Assembly (NCBI GenBank): GCA_029263375.1 | Contig: JAJCXP010000366.1 | Coordinates: 2,402-66,401, forward strand | From: Acidobacteriota bacterium | GTDB lineage: Bacteria > Acidobacteriota > Thermoanaerobaculia > Multivoradales > JAHEKO01 | Length of the DNA stretch: 64,000 nucleotides | Direction: 5' to 3' | Part shown: positions 18,946 through 28,436 of the stretch, in pieces | How positions within the stretch are numbered: the first letter of the stretch is position 1 | Layout: every line of letters starts with the position of its first letter | The notes under the pieces: generated by a model | The model's input: the letters and a program-made list of their open reading frames with translations, nothing else | Database searches by the model: none | Told to the model about the DNA's origin: nothing | Translations under genes and position numbers: made by a program

Positions 18946-19729
18946 CCAGTTCTGCGACGTGGAGAACCTCGATTAGTTCTCTTCGAATAAGCTGAAAACC
19001 GTGCTCTGTACGCAGAGTGAGCTCAGGGCTCTTCGGCAGCGGAGCTATGACTTCGCGTAGCACCCTCGCTGGGCGCTTCGTCAAGACAATCAGGCGCTGC
19101 CCCAAGAACAGGGCCTCCTCGATATCGTGAGTCACAAACACAATAGTCCTGGGTCGTTCGAGCCAGGACTCCAGAAGCTCACATTGCATGCGTTCCTTCG
19201 TTGGCAAGTCCAGTCCGGCGAATGGCTCGTCAAGCAAGAGAATTGGGGGGTCATTGATGAACGCTCTCGCAAGATCGACTCGTTTGCGCATTCCCCCTGA
19301 CAGCTGGCGGGGGTAGAGATTTCGATAGCGCTCCAAACGCACATTCCGAAGCAGCTCCTCCACCCTCGCGTCAGTGAAGGTGCGCTCCAAGCCCCTCGCG
19401 CGTGGGCCGTACCTGAGGTTTCCCTCTACAGTCAGCCACGGAAAGAGAGCATCCTCCTGAAACACTACTGCTCTATCCGTGCCAGGCCCCTCGACGGGCT
19501 GCCCGTCGACGCAAACTGACCCCGAGGTCGGTCTCAGGAAGCCAGCCACGAGATTCAGTACAGTCGACTTTCCGCAGCCGGAAGGCCCCAGTAGGGAGAG
19601 AATCTCATTCTCTTTGACACTGACCGAGAGGTTTGAGACTGCCTCGATAGCCCCTTGCCCTGAGTCGAACGTCATGCTCACGTTGTCCAACTCAATGCGT
19701 GCTCTAGCGATGTCCGGAAAGCTAGCCAT
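18926..19729 (-). CDS. ABC transporter ATPase (SsuB/TauB-like)
   Basis: GPSGCGKS, LSGGM, LLLDEPF, FVTHD. Confidence 0.95.
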   Translation of the reverse strand: MASFPDIARARIELDNVSMTFDSGQGAIEAVSNLSVSVKENEILSLLGPSGCGKSTVLNLVAGFLRPTSGSVCVDGQPVEGPGTDRAVVFQEDALFPWLTVEGNLRYGPRARGLERTFTDARVEELLRNVRLERYRNLYPRQLSGGMRKRVDLARAFINDPPILLLDEPFAGLDLPTKERMQCELLESWLERPRTIVFVTHDIEEALFLGQRLIVLTKRPARVLREVIAPLPKSPELTLRTEHGFQLIRRELIEVLHVAELGVEDER

Positions 19730-21023
19730 CTTCTGCTGCCGAAACGAAGCCTAGGTTCACATTTTCGAGTCTCTCTACATGGGACTCCTCGAGTAGCTGC
19801 ACGTACTGCTGAGGGTCGAGGGGAGCCCCGGCCCCACCAAAGGGCTCGTACTCTGCTGTGATCCAGCCAACAAGCTCTTCGATTCGTTCTTGCGCTAGAG
19901 GGCTCAGCCTTCCAAGGATCTCATCGAAAAGACCTGAGACCTGCGTCAGATCTAGGCCAGCTTCCTCCAGGCGACTCCGACAAGCAAATACCTTGTTGAT
20001 CGGCGCATGCCACTTCGGCGGGATCGACGGCAAGGCCTGCCACAGCTCGGTGTCCTTGACCACAACCTCCAGGCGGGGAGCACGACGACATGAGCTTGCT
20101 GCTATGAGTTGGGGGTGGCCACCCGCGACCAGATAGTGGTCTCGGTAGCCTTTCGCCAAACCCGCCATCGCGGTGCTCGTATTGGCCTCCGTGGCTATGA
20201 CCACCTCATCCTGTCCAACGTTTGGCCAGTCGAAGAAACCTTTCCACTCCTCTTCCTCTATGACCCGGAGATCCTTCGCTAGGCCGAGTAGCAACCGCGC
20301 ATTGGCCTCGATGTCAGAGCCCGCCTCCACGACGATCACCTTGCCACCGAGGTTTCTGAGAATGCGCTGCAGTATCTCGCCCCCGGAGAGGTCTGGATTG
20401 GCACGTTGAAGATCCGAGTAGCTGGTTGGTTCACGATCTTCGCTCGGCTTTTGGCCGATGATGCAAAAGCACGGCTCAAGCCGGATTCGCCAGTGATTCA
20501 GCTTCACGAGACCCGGAGCCCCTCCCAGCGCGAGATGACGTGCTTGTGCCTCATTGCCGAGGCAGAAGAGTGGGCCTTGAGGCTTGGTGATCTCTGACAG
20601 GAGATCGGACCAGGGCCTCGTCTCGACGGCGCCCTCTTTGGCAGCGGCAGAGAGTTGATTGAGCCCGGCGACGAAGTCGCGTGTCGCCCAAGCGAGGATC
20701 AGATTGTCAACAAATGGGCCAATCGCAAGGAACGGTGTTCCCTTCGCGATGACCGCCGCATAGCGGATTTCCTCTCCGGCATCGCTTCTTAGTTCTTGGT
20801 AGTCGAGGCCGACGGCCTTGGCCAGAGCCTCAAGCGTGGTGTCGCTGGGCGATCGCTTGCCGCGAAGTATGAGAGATACCGCTGACTTGGAGAGACCGCT
20901 CTTCGCTTCGATAGCGGACAGCTTCAGTTTCTCCCGCTTCACGGTTGCGTCGATCTGAGCAACGCACCAGTCCTTGAGCTGGATCTCCGAGACCCGCTTT
21001 TCGATCCGGGTTCCTGCGGTCAA
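19722..21023 (-). CDS. XRE-family HTH regulator fused to a substrate-binding-protein-like sensor domain
   Basis: HTH_3-like LSAIEAKSGLSKSAVSLILRGKRSPS..LEALAKAVG; the C-terminal part aligns by eye with the SBP at 17019-18131. Start uncertain (ORF extends to 21089). Confidence 0.75.
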   Translation of the reverse strand: MTAGTRIEKRVSEIQLKDWCVAQIDATVKREKLKLSAIEAKSGLSKSAVSLILRGKRSPSDTTLEALAKAVGLDYQELRSDAGEEIRYAAVIAKGTPFLAIGPFVDNLILAWATRDFVAGLNQLSAAAKEGAVETRPWSDLLSEITKPQGPLFCLGNEAQARHLALGGAPGLVKLNHWRIRLEPCFCIIGQKPSEDREPTSYSDLQRANPDLSGGEILQRILRNLGGKVIVVEAGSDIEANARLLLGLAKDLRVIEEEEWKGFFDWPNVGQDEVVIATEANTSTAMAGLAKGYRDHYLVAGGHPQLIAASSCRRAPRLEVVVKDTELWQALPSIPPKWHAPINKVFACRSRLEEAGLDLTQVSGLFDEILGRLSPLAQERIEELVGWITAEYEPFGGAGAPLDPQQYVQLLEESHVERLENVNLGFVSAAEDG

Positions 21024-21049
21024 GTTCGTCGCCTCCTTGGGCCTCGGTG

Positions 21050-21089
21050 GAAGAAAACAGGTGCGCCCCGTCCCTGGGTCGGGGCGCAC
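21050..21089 (-). terminator. Intrinsic terminator after the small peptide ORF
   Basis: 10-bp stem GTGCGCCCCG/CGGGGCGCAC (21061-21089) followed by CTGTTTTCTT on the minus strand. Confidence 0.65.
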
Positions 21090-21102
21090 CTGAACGGGCC
21101 GT

Positions 21103-21201
21103 CTAGGCCCGCGGCGACCTGCGGAGAACCTGGAAGATGTGCGCGCAGATCACGGCGACGTAACTGAGCACTTCCAGGCCCTTGAGCAGAATGGCGGCCA
21201 T
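21103..21201 (-). CDS. 32-aa hydrophobic peptide, candidate type I toxin or leader peptide
   Basis: AAGGGAGG RBS 6 nt upstream; MAAILLKGLEVLSYVAVICAHIFQVLRRSPRA*; below the ORF-track size cutoff. Confidence 0.6.
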   Translation of the reverse strand: MAAILLKGLEVLSYVAVICAHIFQVLRRSPRA

Positions 21202-21248
21202 AATGGGCCTCCCTTCGGTTTAGGACACGGCGCGGGACACCGGTCAAG

Positions 21249-21278
21249 TTGACAACAGGTGCGGGGCGCCTGTACACT
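21249..21278 (+). promoter_or_regulatory. Sigma70-like promoter for a small RNA
   Basis: TTGACA(21249)-18 nt-TACACT(21273). Confidence 0.55.
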
Positions 21279-21284
21279 AGACGA

Positions 21285-21389
21285 CCGGGAGTTTGACAGC
21301 GCCCCCAGGGGGTCGCTGTCGGAGGGACGTCAAGTCCCCGCGGCGCACGCCGCACCCACAGCCAGGGCCTTGCCGCCCTGGTTTTTTCT
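21285..21389 (+). ncRNA. Candidate ~100-nt antisense small RNA
   Basis: Lies between the promoter above and terminator CCAGGGC-cttgcc-GCCCTGG-TTTTTT (21362-21387); internal hairpin GACAGCG-CCCCC/GGGGG-CGCTGTC; too short to be a listed gene. Confidence 0.5.
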
Positions 21390-21437
21390 TGCCTTCTGGC
21401 ATCGTTGTCTCGGAAGCGTCTCATCGTTATCGCGAAC

Positions 21438-21465
21438 GATATAACAACTTGCGCCGATTTGTCAA
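21438..21465 (-). promoter_or_regulatory. Putative promoter for the peptide mRNA
   Basis: Minus strand TTGACA-16 nt-TATATC with TG extension. Confidence 0.4.
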
Positions 21466-21814
21466 ACGACTTGTTTGCGCCCGCCATCTGCACCCAGTTA
21501 CCTCGCCGAATCCGCCTACCAACTAGGTATGTAGGCTCCGAAATCAAAACCGACACCCGCAAGCCGGTTACGGCCTGGTTCCCCTGGTTCCCCACGTCGT
21601 CGGCCTCACGCCCGACCCCGGACTTTTTCCTCCCTACCAGTCGGACAACGGGCCTGCGGTTTCGCTACCACGAAATCCTCGGCCAAAAGCCCGGGGTCGG
21701 CCGTTCGTCTCCGCCCGCCTGACGGCGGGTTCGCCACCCTATGGGTGGCCGAAGCCAACCGACGACGTGGGGGACTAGCCGTTCCGGGCTAGCGCCCCAC
21801 GAAGGGTTGACTGG

Positions 21815-22024
21815 CTAGGCTTCGATCCCCTCGCAGCTCTCCCCTTCCCCGCCTTCGCTGGCGAGAGCTTCCAGGCACTCTCTAACGAGCTGTGCCTCCT
21901 GGTTTTCGATCGGGACGAATCGTACGTCTTCGTCCTGTCGCACGCTGTCCCGAAGCCTCTTCGCCAGCTCGAGGCGCTCCTCGACTGGTAGCTCCAGCAG
22001 CTTGTTGAGTTCGCTCTTGTTCAT
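21815..22024 (-). CDS. Putative addiction-module component (orphan antitoxin-like)
   Basis: MNKSELNKLLELPVEERLELAKRLRDSV matches the L(P/S)xxERxxLxxxLxxS pattern; no adjacent toxin. Confidence 0.6.
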   Translation of the reverse strand: MNKSELNKLLELPVEERLELAKRLRDSVRQDEDVRFVPIENQEAQLVRECLEALASEGGEGESCEGIEA

Positions 22025-22262
22025 GCCATTCAGCATAGGCCTGTCCAGCGACTTTGCAAGTTCTCTTGGGTATACTGATTCCAGATCCCCGTACACGGTT
22101 CGGAAACCGATCCCTACTGCCTTGCTGGCTCGGTCACCCATAACGACCCGGCAAAGCCACCTGCGAATAGGACGTGGGGGCAGGTAGCTTGCGCGGCATG
22201 CGTGGCGTCACGTCCTATTGGCCGCGACTGCGGCGCTAGGAGTAGGGGTCGGCTTCGGAACC

Positions 22263-23528
22263 ATGAGCGAGATCACGTACATCGGCGAACGCACTCCCTG
22301 GGGCGAACCCCGGCTCTTTGGCGTGGAGCGAGTCGATCGGCGGCAGCACCTCTACACCGTCGGCAAGACGGGTCTCGGAAAGACGACACTTCTTCGGAAC
22401 CTCCTCCTCCAGGACATCCACCGGGGAGAAGGAGTCGGCCTGATCGATCCGCACGGCGACCTGGCCGAGGAGATCCTCGATCACATCCCGGCGCATCGCG
22501 CCAACGACGTTCTCTACTTCAACCCTGCCGACCTCGACTTCCCCATCGGCTTCAACATGCTCCGCGCCGCATCACCCGACGAGGAGCACCTGGTCGTCTC
22601 GACGACGGTCTCGGCCTTCAAGCACCTGTGGGCTGATTCCTGGGGACCGCGGCTCGAGTACATCCTCTCGAACGCGCTGGCGGCTCTTGTCGAGCAAGGG
22701 CGGAGCACTCTCATCGACGTGCTGCGGATGCTCTCCGACGAGCGCTACCGCACTCGCGTCGCCCAGCGGATCCGCGACCCCATCGTCCGCCGCTTCTGGC
22801 AAGAGGAGTTCGCCGCCTACGACAAACGGTTTCGCGCCGAAGCCGTGGCGCCGGTGCAGAACAAGCTCGGCCGTTTCCTCGCTTCCGCACCGCTTCGGAA
22901 CATCCTCGGGCAAGTCCGCAACGCTCTCGACCTACCCTTCATCATGGACAACCAACGGATTCTGATTGCCAATCTCTCGAAGGGCACCCTGGGCGAGGAC
23001 AAGGCGGCGCTTCTCGGTTCACTGCTCGTCGCCTCGTTCCACCTCGCCGCCGTTCAGCGCGCGCGAGTTCCGGAGGAAGAGCGGAAGGACTTCTACCTCT
23101 ACATCGACGAGTTCCACAACTTCACCACCGACGCCTTCGCAACGATCCTTTCCGAAGCTCGGAAGTACCGTCTCTGTCTGACACTGGCACACCAGTATCT
23201 GGAGCAGCTCCAGCCGGAAACGCGGGCGGCCGTCTTCGGAAACGCAGGGACCCTTGTCAGCTTTGGCCTGGGTTCGACCGACGCGGAGATTCTCGCTCCC
23301 AACTTCGCGCCGCTTGGGCCGGAGGCTCTGACCGACCTAGCGAAGCATGAGGCGTACGTGCGGCTGCTCTCCGCGGGAGAGGTGAGCTCGCCGTTCCGAG
23401 CCAAGACGCTGCCTCCACTCGACATGTTCTCGGGCCAGAGTGGGCGGCTGATTCGTCACTCTCAGAATCGCCATGGCACGCCGCGGGCCGTTGTAGAGGA
23501 GAAGATCGAGCGCCGCCTCGCGGCCTGA
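22263..23528 (+). CDS. VirD4/TraD-like (TrwB/HerA-type) P-loop ATPase
   Basis: RRQHLYTVGKTGLGKT, LIDPHGDL, LYIDEFHNF, ARKYRLCLTLAHQ; no transmembrane anchor. Confidence 0.88.
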   Translation: MSEITYIGERTPWGEPRLFGVERVDRRQHLYTVGKTGLGKTTLLRNLLLQDIHRGEGVGLIDPHGDLAEEILDHIPAHRANDVLYFNPADLDFPIGFNMLRAASPDEEHLVVSTTVSAFKHLWADSWGPRLEYILSNALAALVEQGRSTLIDVLRMLSDERYRTRVAQRIRDPIVRRFWQEEFAAYDKRFRAEAVAPVQNKLGRFLASAPLRNILGQVRNALDLPFIMDNQRILIANLSKGTLGEDKAALLGSLLVASFHLAAVQRARVPEEERKDFYLYIDEFHNFTTDAFATILSEARKYRLCLTLAHQYLEQLQPETRAAVFGNAGTLVSFGLGSTDAEILAPNFAPLGPEALTDLAKHEAYVRLLSAGEVSSPFRAKTLPPLDMFSGQSGRLIRHSQNRHGTPRAVVEEKIERRLAA

Positions 23529-23587
23529 GTTGGATTGAGTCTCCCCTGTCGGTACTCTCTTCCGCACGACGCGAAGGGAGGTTCAGC

Positions 23588-24112
23588 ATGCCTCGGAAGA
23601 AGAAGACCGGACGACCCGATCCTAAGTCCAGGGACTACTTCTACCTGTTGGAGGTCACGGGCTTCTCTCTCGCTGGAGGGGCGAGTTCGTGGTACCCGGA
23701 CGAGCTCCCGGATATCCACGACCGCAACTACCGAAAGAAACTAGAGAGGCCGCTCCTCCACGAGGACTTGCGGCTCCATCTGGAGCTCCGCCCCGTCGAT
23801 CCACTCATGCCGGAGGTAACCGATTGCTCCGCCGACCTCCGTGGTCACGAGGCGAATCCAGAGCCCGACTACGAGTCCTTCGGCGGATCCATCACCAAAC
23901 GTAAGGAGAGGCTCAACTACTGGTTCCAATCCACGGTGAATCTGCCCAGAGACCTGGCTTCGGTGCTGTTCGCGGGCCGCGGCGTCTTCATCCGCTTTCA
24001 AGGGTCGAGGATCTACCGTGGCAGCGCAGGTCTTTGTGGGCTTGAGTGGTGGTGCGGTGACCATCCGGATCTGCTTGCGGAGCTTGAGGACACCGACGAT
24101 CACTCGCCCTGA
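23588..24112 (+). CDS. Hypothetical protein
   Basis: 174-aa ORF with strong GGGAGG RBS. Confidence 0.6.
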   Translation: MPRKKKTGRPDPKSRDYFYLLEVTGFSLAGGASSWYPDELPDIHDRNYRKKLERPLLHEDLRLHLELRPVDPLMPEVTDCSADLRGHEANPEPDYESFGGSITKRKERLNYWFQSTVNLPRDLASVLFAGRGVFIRFQGSRIYRGSAGLCGLEWWCGDHPDLLAELEDTDDHSP

Positions 24113-24235
24113 GCTCCGGCGTCTCACTTCCTGTCAGCCGAAAGCTAACCTCGGCTCCAGATGGGCCGGTTCCACTTGTTGTCCTACCCTTGCGAACCCG
24201 TTCGCTTCACGCGATGACTCCCGCGACGCTGCTCG

Positions 24236-25816
24236 CTAGCCTGGTGGACCGACCAACCGGCGCGCCCACCAGGTCAGTCGATTCACCTGTCTTGTCTCAG
24301 TTGATATTTCGGCACCCGTCGATCCAACAACGGAGAGGCGCCCGTCCTGCATCAAGAACCGCTGACCGGATCGTTCGCATTGCCAGTTCCTTCGATTGAA
24401 CACGGCACAAGAGTCGAAGCCCACCGAAGTGGCCACCTTCGCCGATCCGCTCCGCTCCGTACGAAGCTCGATGACGGCCTGTGCCTCGACAACCGCCTTG
24501 AAGCGGATCGGCGACTGGGCCCCGGTCGCCGGGCTCCAGCGATAGACGGTCACGATCCCCCGTGTTGCATCTCGGCTCGGAGGAAGCACAACCACCAAGA
24601 GAACTGCCGCAACCGCGGTCAACAGGGCGGCCGCCAAAGATCGCCGAACGAATCCGGCGCTCGTCGCGCTCCTCCATTGCTCTCTGGCTCTGCGAGCGTC
24701 TTCGGGTAGCGCGAGAGTTCGGTAGCGTTCTCTCCTTTTTCTAAGCAGCTGAGCTATTGCGTCGATGCAGCCAAATACCCGCGCCACCGAGGTAATGAAG
24801 AGCCAGACTACGCCGTTCCACATAGCCCAAATCGGGACCTTCCACACGAACCGACTCGCCCGAACATAGGGGTTCAAGAACATCTTGAGCAGGTTGATTC
24901 CGTACCAAAGTCCCGCCACCAAGACAATGTTCGTCGCGATGACTGCTGGGGCCTCTTCGTTCAGAAGCGCTACTAGGAGTAGAAAACCGATGCCCGCGTA
25001 GATCGAAAGATGGATCACTGTCAGGAGCGCAAGAATCCTGAACGACTTGAAGAGAGAGCCGTAGAACGACCGATCGTTCCAGAGCACCTTGACCGTGCCT
25101 CGTTCCCAGCGCCTGCGCTGCCGAAAATACTCTGGGATTGTTGATGGGACAGTCGTCTGCACCGCGATACTTGGGAGGAAGCCGATTCTCAGGCCGCGTT
25201 TCATCAGGTTGACGCTGATCTGAAGATCCCCCGTCTCAAAGTCGGGTGTCATCGCACGAAGCGCGACCAAGAGCTCGTCCGCCCGGAATAGACCACCCGG
25301 CCCATTTATCACCCAGAGCTGCTGCTGCTTCGCAGTGATCCAGTTGTCGGCCTGCACCGCTGCATAGTCCACGTACACGCACTCTTGGAGTGGGTTGGAA
25401 TCGCCCTCAATTAGTGCGTCAATTCTCAGCGCGAGACCCGCCAGGTCGTTGCGGACCATGAAGTCTCTGGCCCTGCAAAAGACCTCGTCTATCGGCCGAC
25501 CGCTGTTCTCGATGAATGAGTCGGCGTCGAGTAGGAAGACATAGGGTGGTAGCTCCCCTCGTCGATCCATCTGCTCGAGCACCTCGCGAATGGCTCCCTC
25601 CTTGCGCATATTGCGCTCGAGGTGCAGGACATCAACTCCATGCAGGTCCTGCCACCGTTCGAGAATCGCTCGGCTCGAGTCGGTCGACGCGTCATTAACG
25701 AAACTGATCCGGTCGAGGTACCCGGCTTGGTGAATCCGCGTCAGAATCGCGTCCAGAGTGTCGGCCTCGTTGAATACCGGGACTACGATACGAAAGTCCA
25801 CCTTGACCGAATCCAT
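24236..25816 (-). CDS. Membrane glycosyltransferase family 2 (processive type) with C-terminal extension
   Basis: IVVPVFNE, VNDASTD, LDADS, TGD, QRRRW, transmembrane helices. Start uncertain (ORF extends to 25954). Confidence 0.85.
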   Translation of the reverse strand: MDSVKVDFRIVVPVFNEADTLDAILTRIHQAGYLDRISFVNDASTDSSRAILERWQDLHGVDVLHLERNMRKEGAIREVLEQMDRRGELPPYVFLLDADSFIENSGRPIDEVFCRARDFMVRNDLAGLALRIDALIEGDSNPLQECVYVDYAAVQADNWITAKQQQLWVINGPGGLFRADELLVALRAMTPDFETGDLQISVNLMKRGLRIGFLPSIAVQTTVPSTIPEYFRQRRRWERGTVKVLWNDRSFYGSLFKSFRILALLTVIHLSIYAGIGFLLLVALLNEEAPAVIATNIVLVAGLWYGINLLKMFLNPYVRASRFVWKVPIWAMWNGVVWLFITSVARVFGCIDAIAQLLRKRRERYRTLALPEDARRAREQWRSATSAGFVRRSLAAALLTAVAAVLLVVVLPPSRDATRGIVTVYRWSPATGAQSPIRFKAVVEAQAVIELRTERSGSAKVATSVGFDSCAVFNRRNWQCERSGQRFLMQDGRLSVVGSTGAEISTETRQVNRLTWWARRLVGPPG

Positions 25817-25991
25817 AGCGCACTGTGCGCGCCAGTTCACGTCTGTACCACCCTGGCTGCTGGGTTTGCTTGGCATAGTACTTAAGGGATCCGGGCCCAG
25901 AGTCTGCTGGACCTTGCGAGCTTGTCCCCTTGAAGGCTGACTTGAGTTGTCCACATGCGGCCAAACACCACAGTGGGTATCCTAAAAGTGT

Positions 25992-26930
25992 ATGGCACAG
26001 TACGCACGAAGGCCACGCTTCAAGAGGTCCCTAACCCGCAACTTCCACCTCACCGAACGCGACCTCCAGATAATCCAGCACGTCCAACGACACCGACTGC
26101 TCAACTCCGAGCAGATCGTCTCTTTGCTTGGCTCGGGTAGCCCGCAACAGATTCGCCGCCGACTACAGCTACTCTTCCACAACCGCTACCTCGATCGCCC
26201 GCCGGTTCAGATAGCCGACTTCTACCGGACCCCCGGCACGTTGCCCATGGTCTATGGGTTGGGCAACAAGGGGGCCGAGGTCCTTGCGGAGCAACTCGAG
26301 CGGCCACTCAGCAGAGTCGACTGGACGAGCAAGAACAGGTCGATCGGTCCGCGCTTCTTCCACCACACGCTGATGGTCGCCTCGATCATGGTGGCGTTCG
26401 AGGTCGCCTGCCGGCGGCACGACGACGTGCGGCTCATCCCATGGGAGGAGATTCTCGAGACTACATGCCCGCAGGAGACGAAACGCAAGAAACACCCACT
26501 TACTTGGCGGGTGCGTGTTCCGGATCATGGCCCGCTGGGGATCACTCCCGACGGGGCCTTTGGCCTGCACTTTCTCGACCGGCCGGAGGGCCGGAACCGC
26601 TCCTACTTCTTTCTCGAGGCTGACCGGGCGAGCATGCCTGTCTTTCGCAAGGATCTCCGAGGCACCTCCGTCGTCCGCAAGCTCCTCGCCTACCACCAGA
26701 CTGCGGCCCAGAAACTCCATTCCGAACTCTTCGGAATCAACAACTTTCGTGTCCTGACCGTGACGCGAAGTCCTAATCAAGAACGCGTGAAGTCGATGGT
26801 CGAGGCCGCGCGACGGCTTCAAGGCATGCCTGGCGTCTTCCTCTTTGCCGCCGAGACCTCCGTGACGAGCGAGGATGTCCTCGCGATCATGTGGAGAAAC
26901 GGCCGCGGTGAACTGACAGCGCTCTACTAG
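25992..26930 (+). CDS. Replication-relaxation (Replic_Relax) family protein
   Basis: LTERDLQII..RHRLLNSEQI, HHTLMV, ITPDGAFGL, FFLEADR, RVLTVT. Confidence 0.85.
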   Translation: MAQYARRPRFKRSLTRNFHLTERDLQIIQHVQRHRLLNSEQIVSLLGSGSPQQIRRRLQLLFHNRYLDRPPVQIADFYRTPGTLPMVYGLGNKGAEVLAEQLERPLSRVDWTSKNRSIGPRFFHHTLMVASIMVAFEVACRRHDDVRLIPWEEILETTCPQETKRKKHPLTWRVRVPDHGPLGITPDGAFGLHFLDRPEGRNRSYFFLEADRASMPVFRKDLRGTSVVRKLLAYHQTAAQKLHSELFGINNFRVLTVTRSPNQERVKSMVEAARRLQGMPGVFLFAAETSVTSEDVLAIMWRNGRGELTALY

Positions 26931-27308
26931 GCCCGAGTAGTCGTCAGAGTAGCGGGAACACTGCCATTCGTTAGGCGGTCGGATACTCCGGCCGGCTTGC
27001 CGCGCCTGTCTGGCTGCGCCAACAACCGACAGATCGCGCGTCTCGGGCGTCGATCGCGAAGGCTCCATGCGGTTCTCCCGTGACCGCCGTGACCGGACCT
27101 GGCAGAGGCTCCACGAACATCCGATAGGCCCACCTTTCGGTCTACCCGGCCTATGATTCCTCACTGCGACCACGGTCGCCAACCACCCAGGCCTGCCACC
27201 ACCCGCGCTGACAGCACCACGGTGCTGTCGGGCGCAGACTCGAACCCTGACGAGCGCGAGCGGCCCACAACGGGCCGGCCGGGGGCGGTGAACTAGAATC
27301 GATCCCTT

Positions 27309-28436
27309 ATGGAGCATCAGAGTGTCATCGAGCTGCTTGGGTTGGACCCGTTCGGCAGGGTGTTTCTCGTCTTCAGTTTTGTGCTGCTGTTGGCTCCCTA
27401 CATGCAGGACAAGGATTTTGGGGTCCTCAAGATCCCGAGTTTTTCGGATGCTGCAACTAGGAAGCTGCGGGTCCTCGGTCCCGGCTTGTTCCTTGGAGGA
27501 CTGTTGTTATCGGTCCCATTCCTCTCGCCCAAAACCACTGCTTCTGAGCCTAGGAACGAGGAGCTGCTTCGAGAAGCGCGTTCGGCATACGACTCCGGGG
27601 ACTACTTGTCGGCAGCAGGCTTCTTTGAGCGACTATGTAGCTTAGGTGTATCCGACGCCTGTTACTTCCTCGGGAGGCAATACTCCAATGGTGAAGGCGT
27701 AGCTGAGGATGAGGCGAAGGCGGCCCGTCTCTTCCGCAAGGCGTGCGATAGCGGAAACATGGACGGCTGCAACGGCCTTGGTGTTCACTTCGCCAACGGC
27801 GAGGGCGTAGCTGAAGACGACTGGAAGGCTGTCGAGCTCCTCCGCAAGGCCTGTGATGGCGGCGTTGCAAAAGGGTGCCACAACTTGGCCAACCACTACG
27901 CCTTGGGTGAGGGTGTACCCAAGGACGAGGTGAGGGCCGCCGACTTGTACCGCAGGGCCTGTGACAGTGGATTCATGCCGGGGTGTGAACACCTGGGCGT
28001 TCTCTACGTCGAGGGTGAAGGCGTGGCTGAAGACGACGCGAAGGCCGTCGAACTGTTCCGCAAGGCCTGCGACGGCGGAGACCTTCGCGGCTGCAACAAC
28101 CTGGCCATTCAGTATGCCAATGGCGAGGGTGTCACTGAGGACGACGCGAAGGCTGTCGGGCTTTACCGCAATACCTGTGACCGCGGGGACATGTATGGGT
28201 GCACGAGCTTGGGCATTCACTACGCCAACGGCGAGGGCGTGGCCGAGGATGACGCTAAGGCCGTCGAACTCTTCCGAAAGGCCTGCGACGGCGGAGACGT
28301 GCATGGCTGCAACTACTTGGGAATTCACTACGCAAACGGAGAGGGCGTAGCTGAGGACGAGGCTAAGGCCGCCGATTTCTTCCGCAAGGCCTGCGCCGGA
28401 GGACTCGTGAAAGCGTGCTCCGCGCTATCAGCGTGA
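27309..28436 (+). CDS. Sel1-repeat protein with two N-terminal transmembrane helices
   Basis: About eight 36-aa units like GCxxLGxxYANGEGVAEDDAKAVELFRKACDGG (108-bp DNA repeats). Confidence 0.92.
   Translation: MEHQSVIELLGLDPFGRVFLVFSFVLLLAPYMQDKDFGVLKIPSFSDAATRKLRVLGPGLFLGGLLLSVPFLSPKTTASEPRNEELLREARSAYDSGDYLSAAGFFERLCSLGVSDACYFLGRQYSNGEGVAEDEAKAARLFRKACDSGNMDGCNGLGVHFANGEGVAEDDWKAVELLRKACDGGVAKGCHNLANHYALGEGVPKDEVRAADLYRRACDSGFMPGCEHLGVLYVEGEGVAEDDAKAVELFRKACDGGDLRGCNNLAIQYANGEGVTEDDAKAVGLYRNTCDRGDMYGCTSLGIHYANGEGVAEDDAKAVELFRKACDGGDVHGCNYLGIHYANGEGVAEDEAKAADFFRKACAGGLVKACSALSA

Noticed and set aside
17019..19729. ABC ATPase as a defence ATPase
   Set aside because: Canonical importer ATPase with permease and lipoprotein SBP.
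26169..27317. Long antisense ORFs (this one, and also 35183-36118, 38030-39310, 58189-59139, 62658-63737)
   Set aside because: Shadow frames opposite well-supported genes in high-GC DNA.
27650..28430. CRISPR-like or non-coding 108-bp repeats
   Set aside because: In-frame Sel1 protein repeats.
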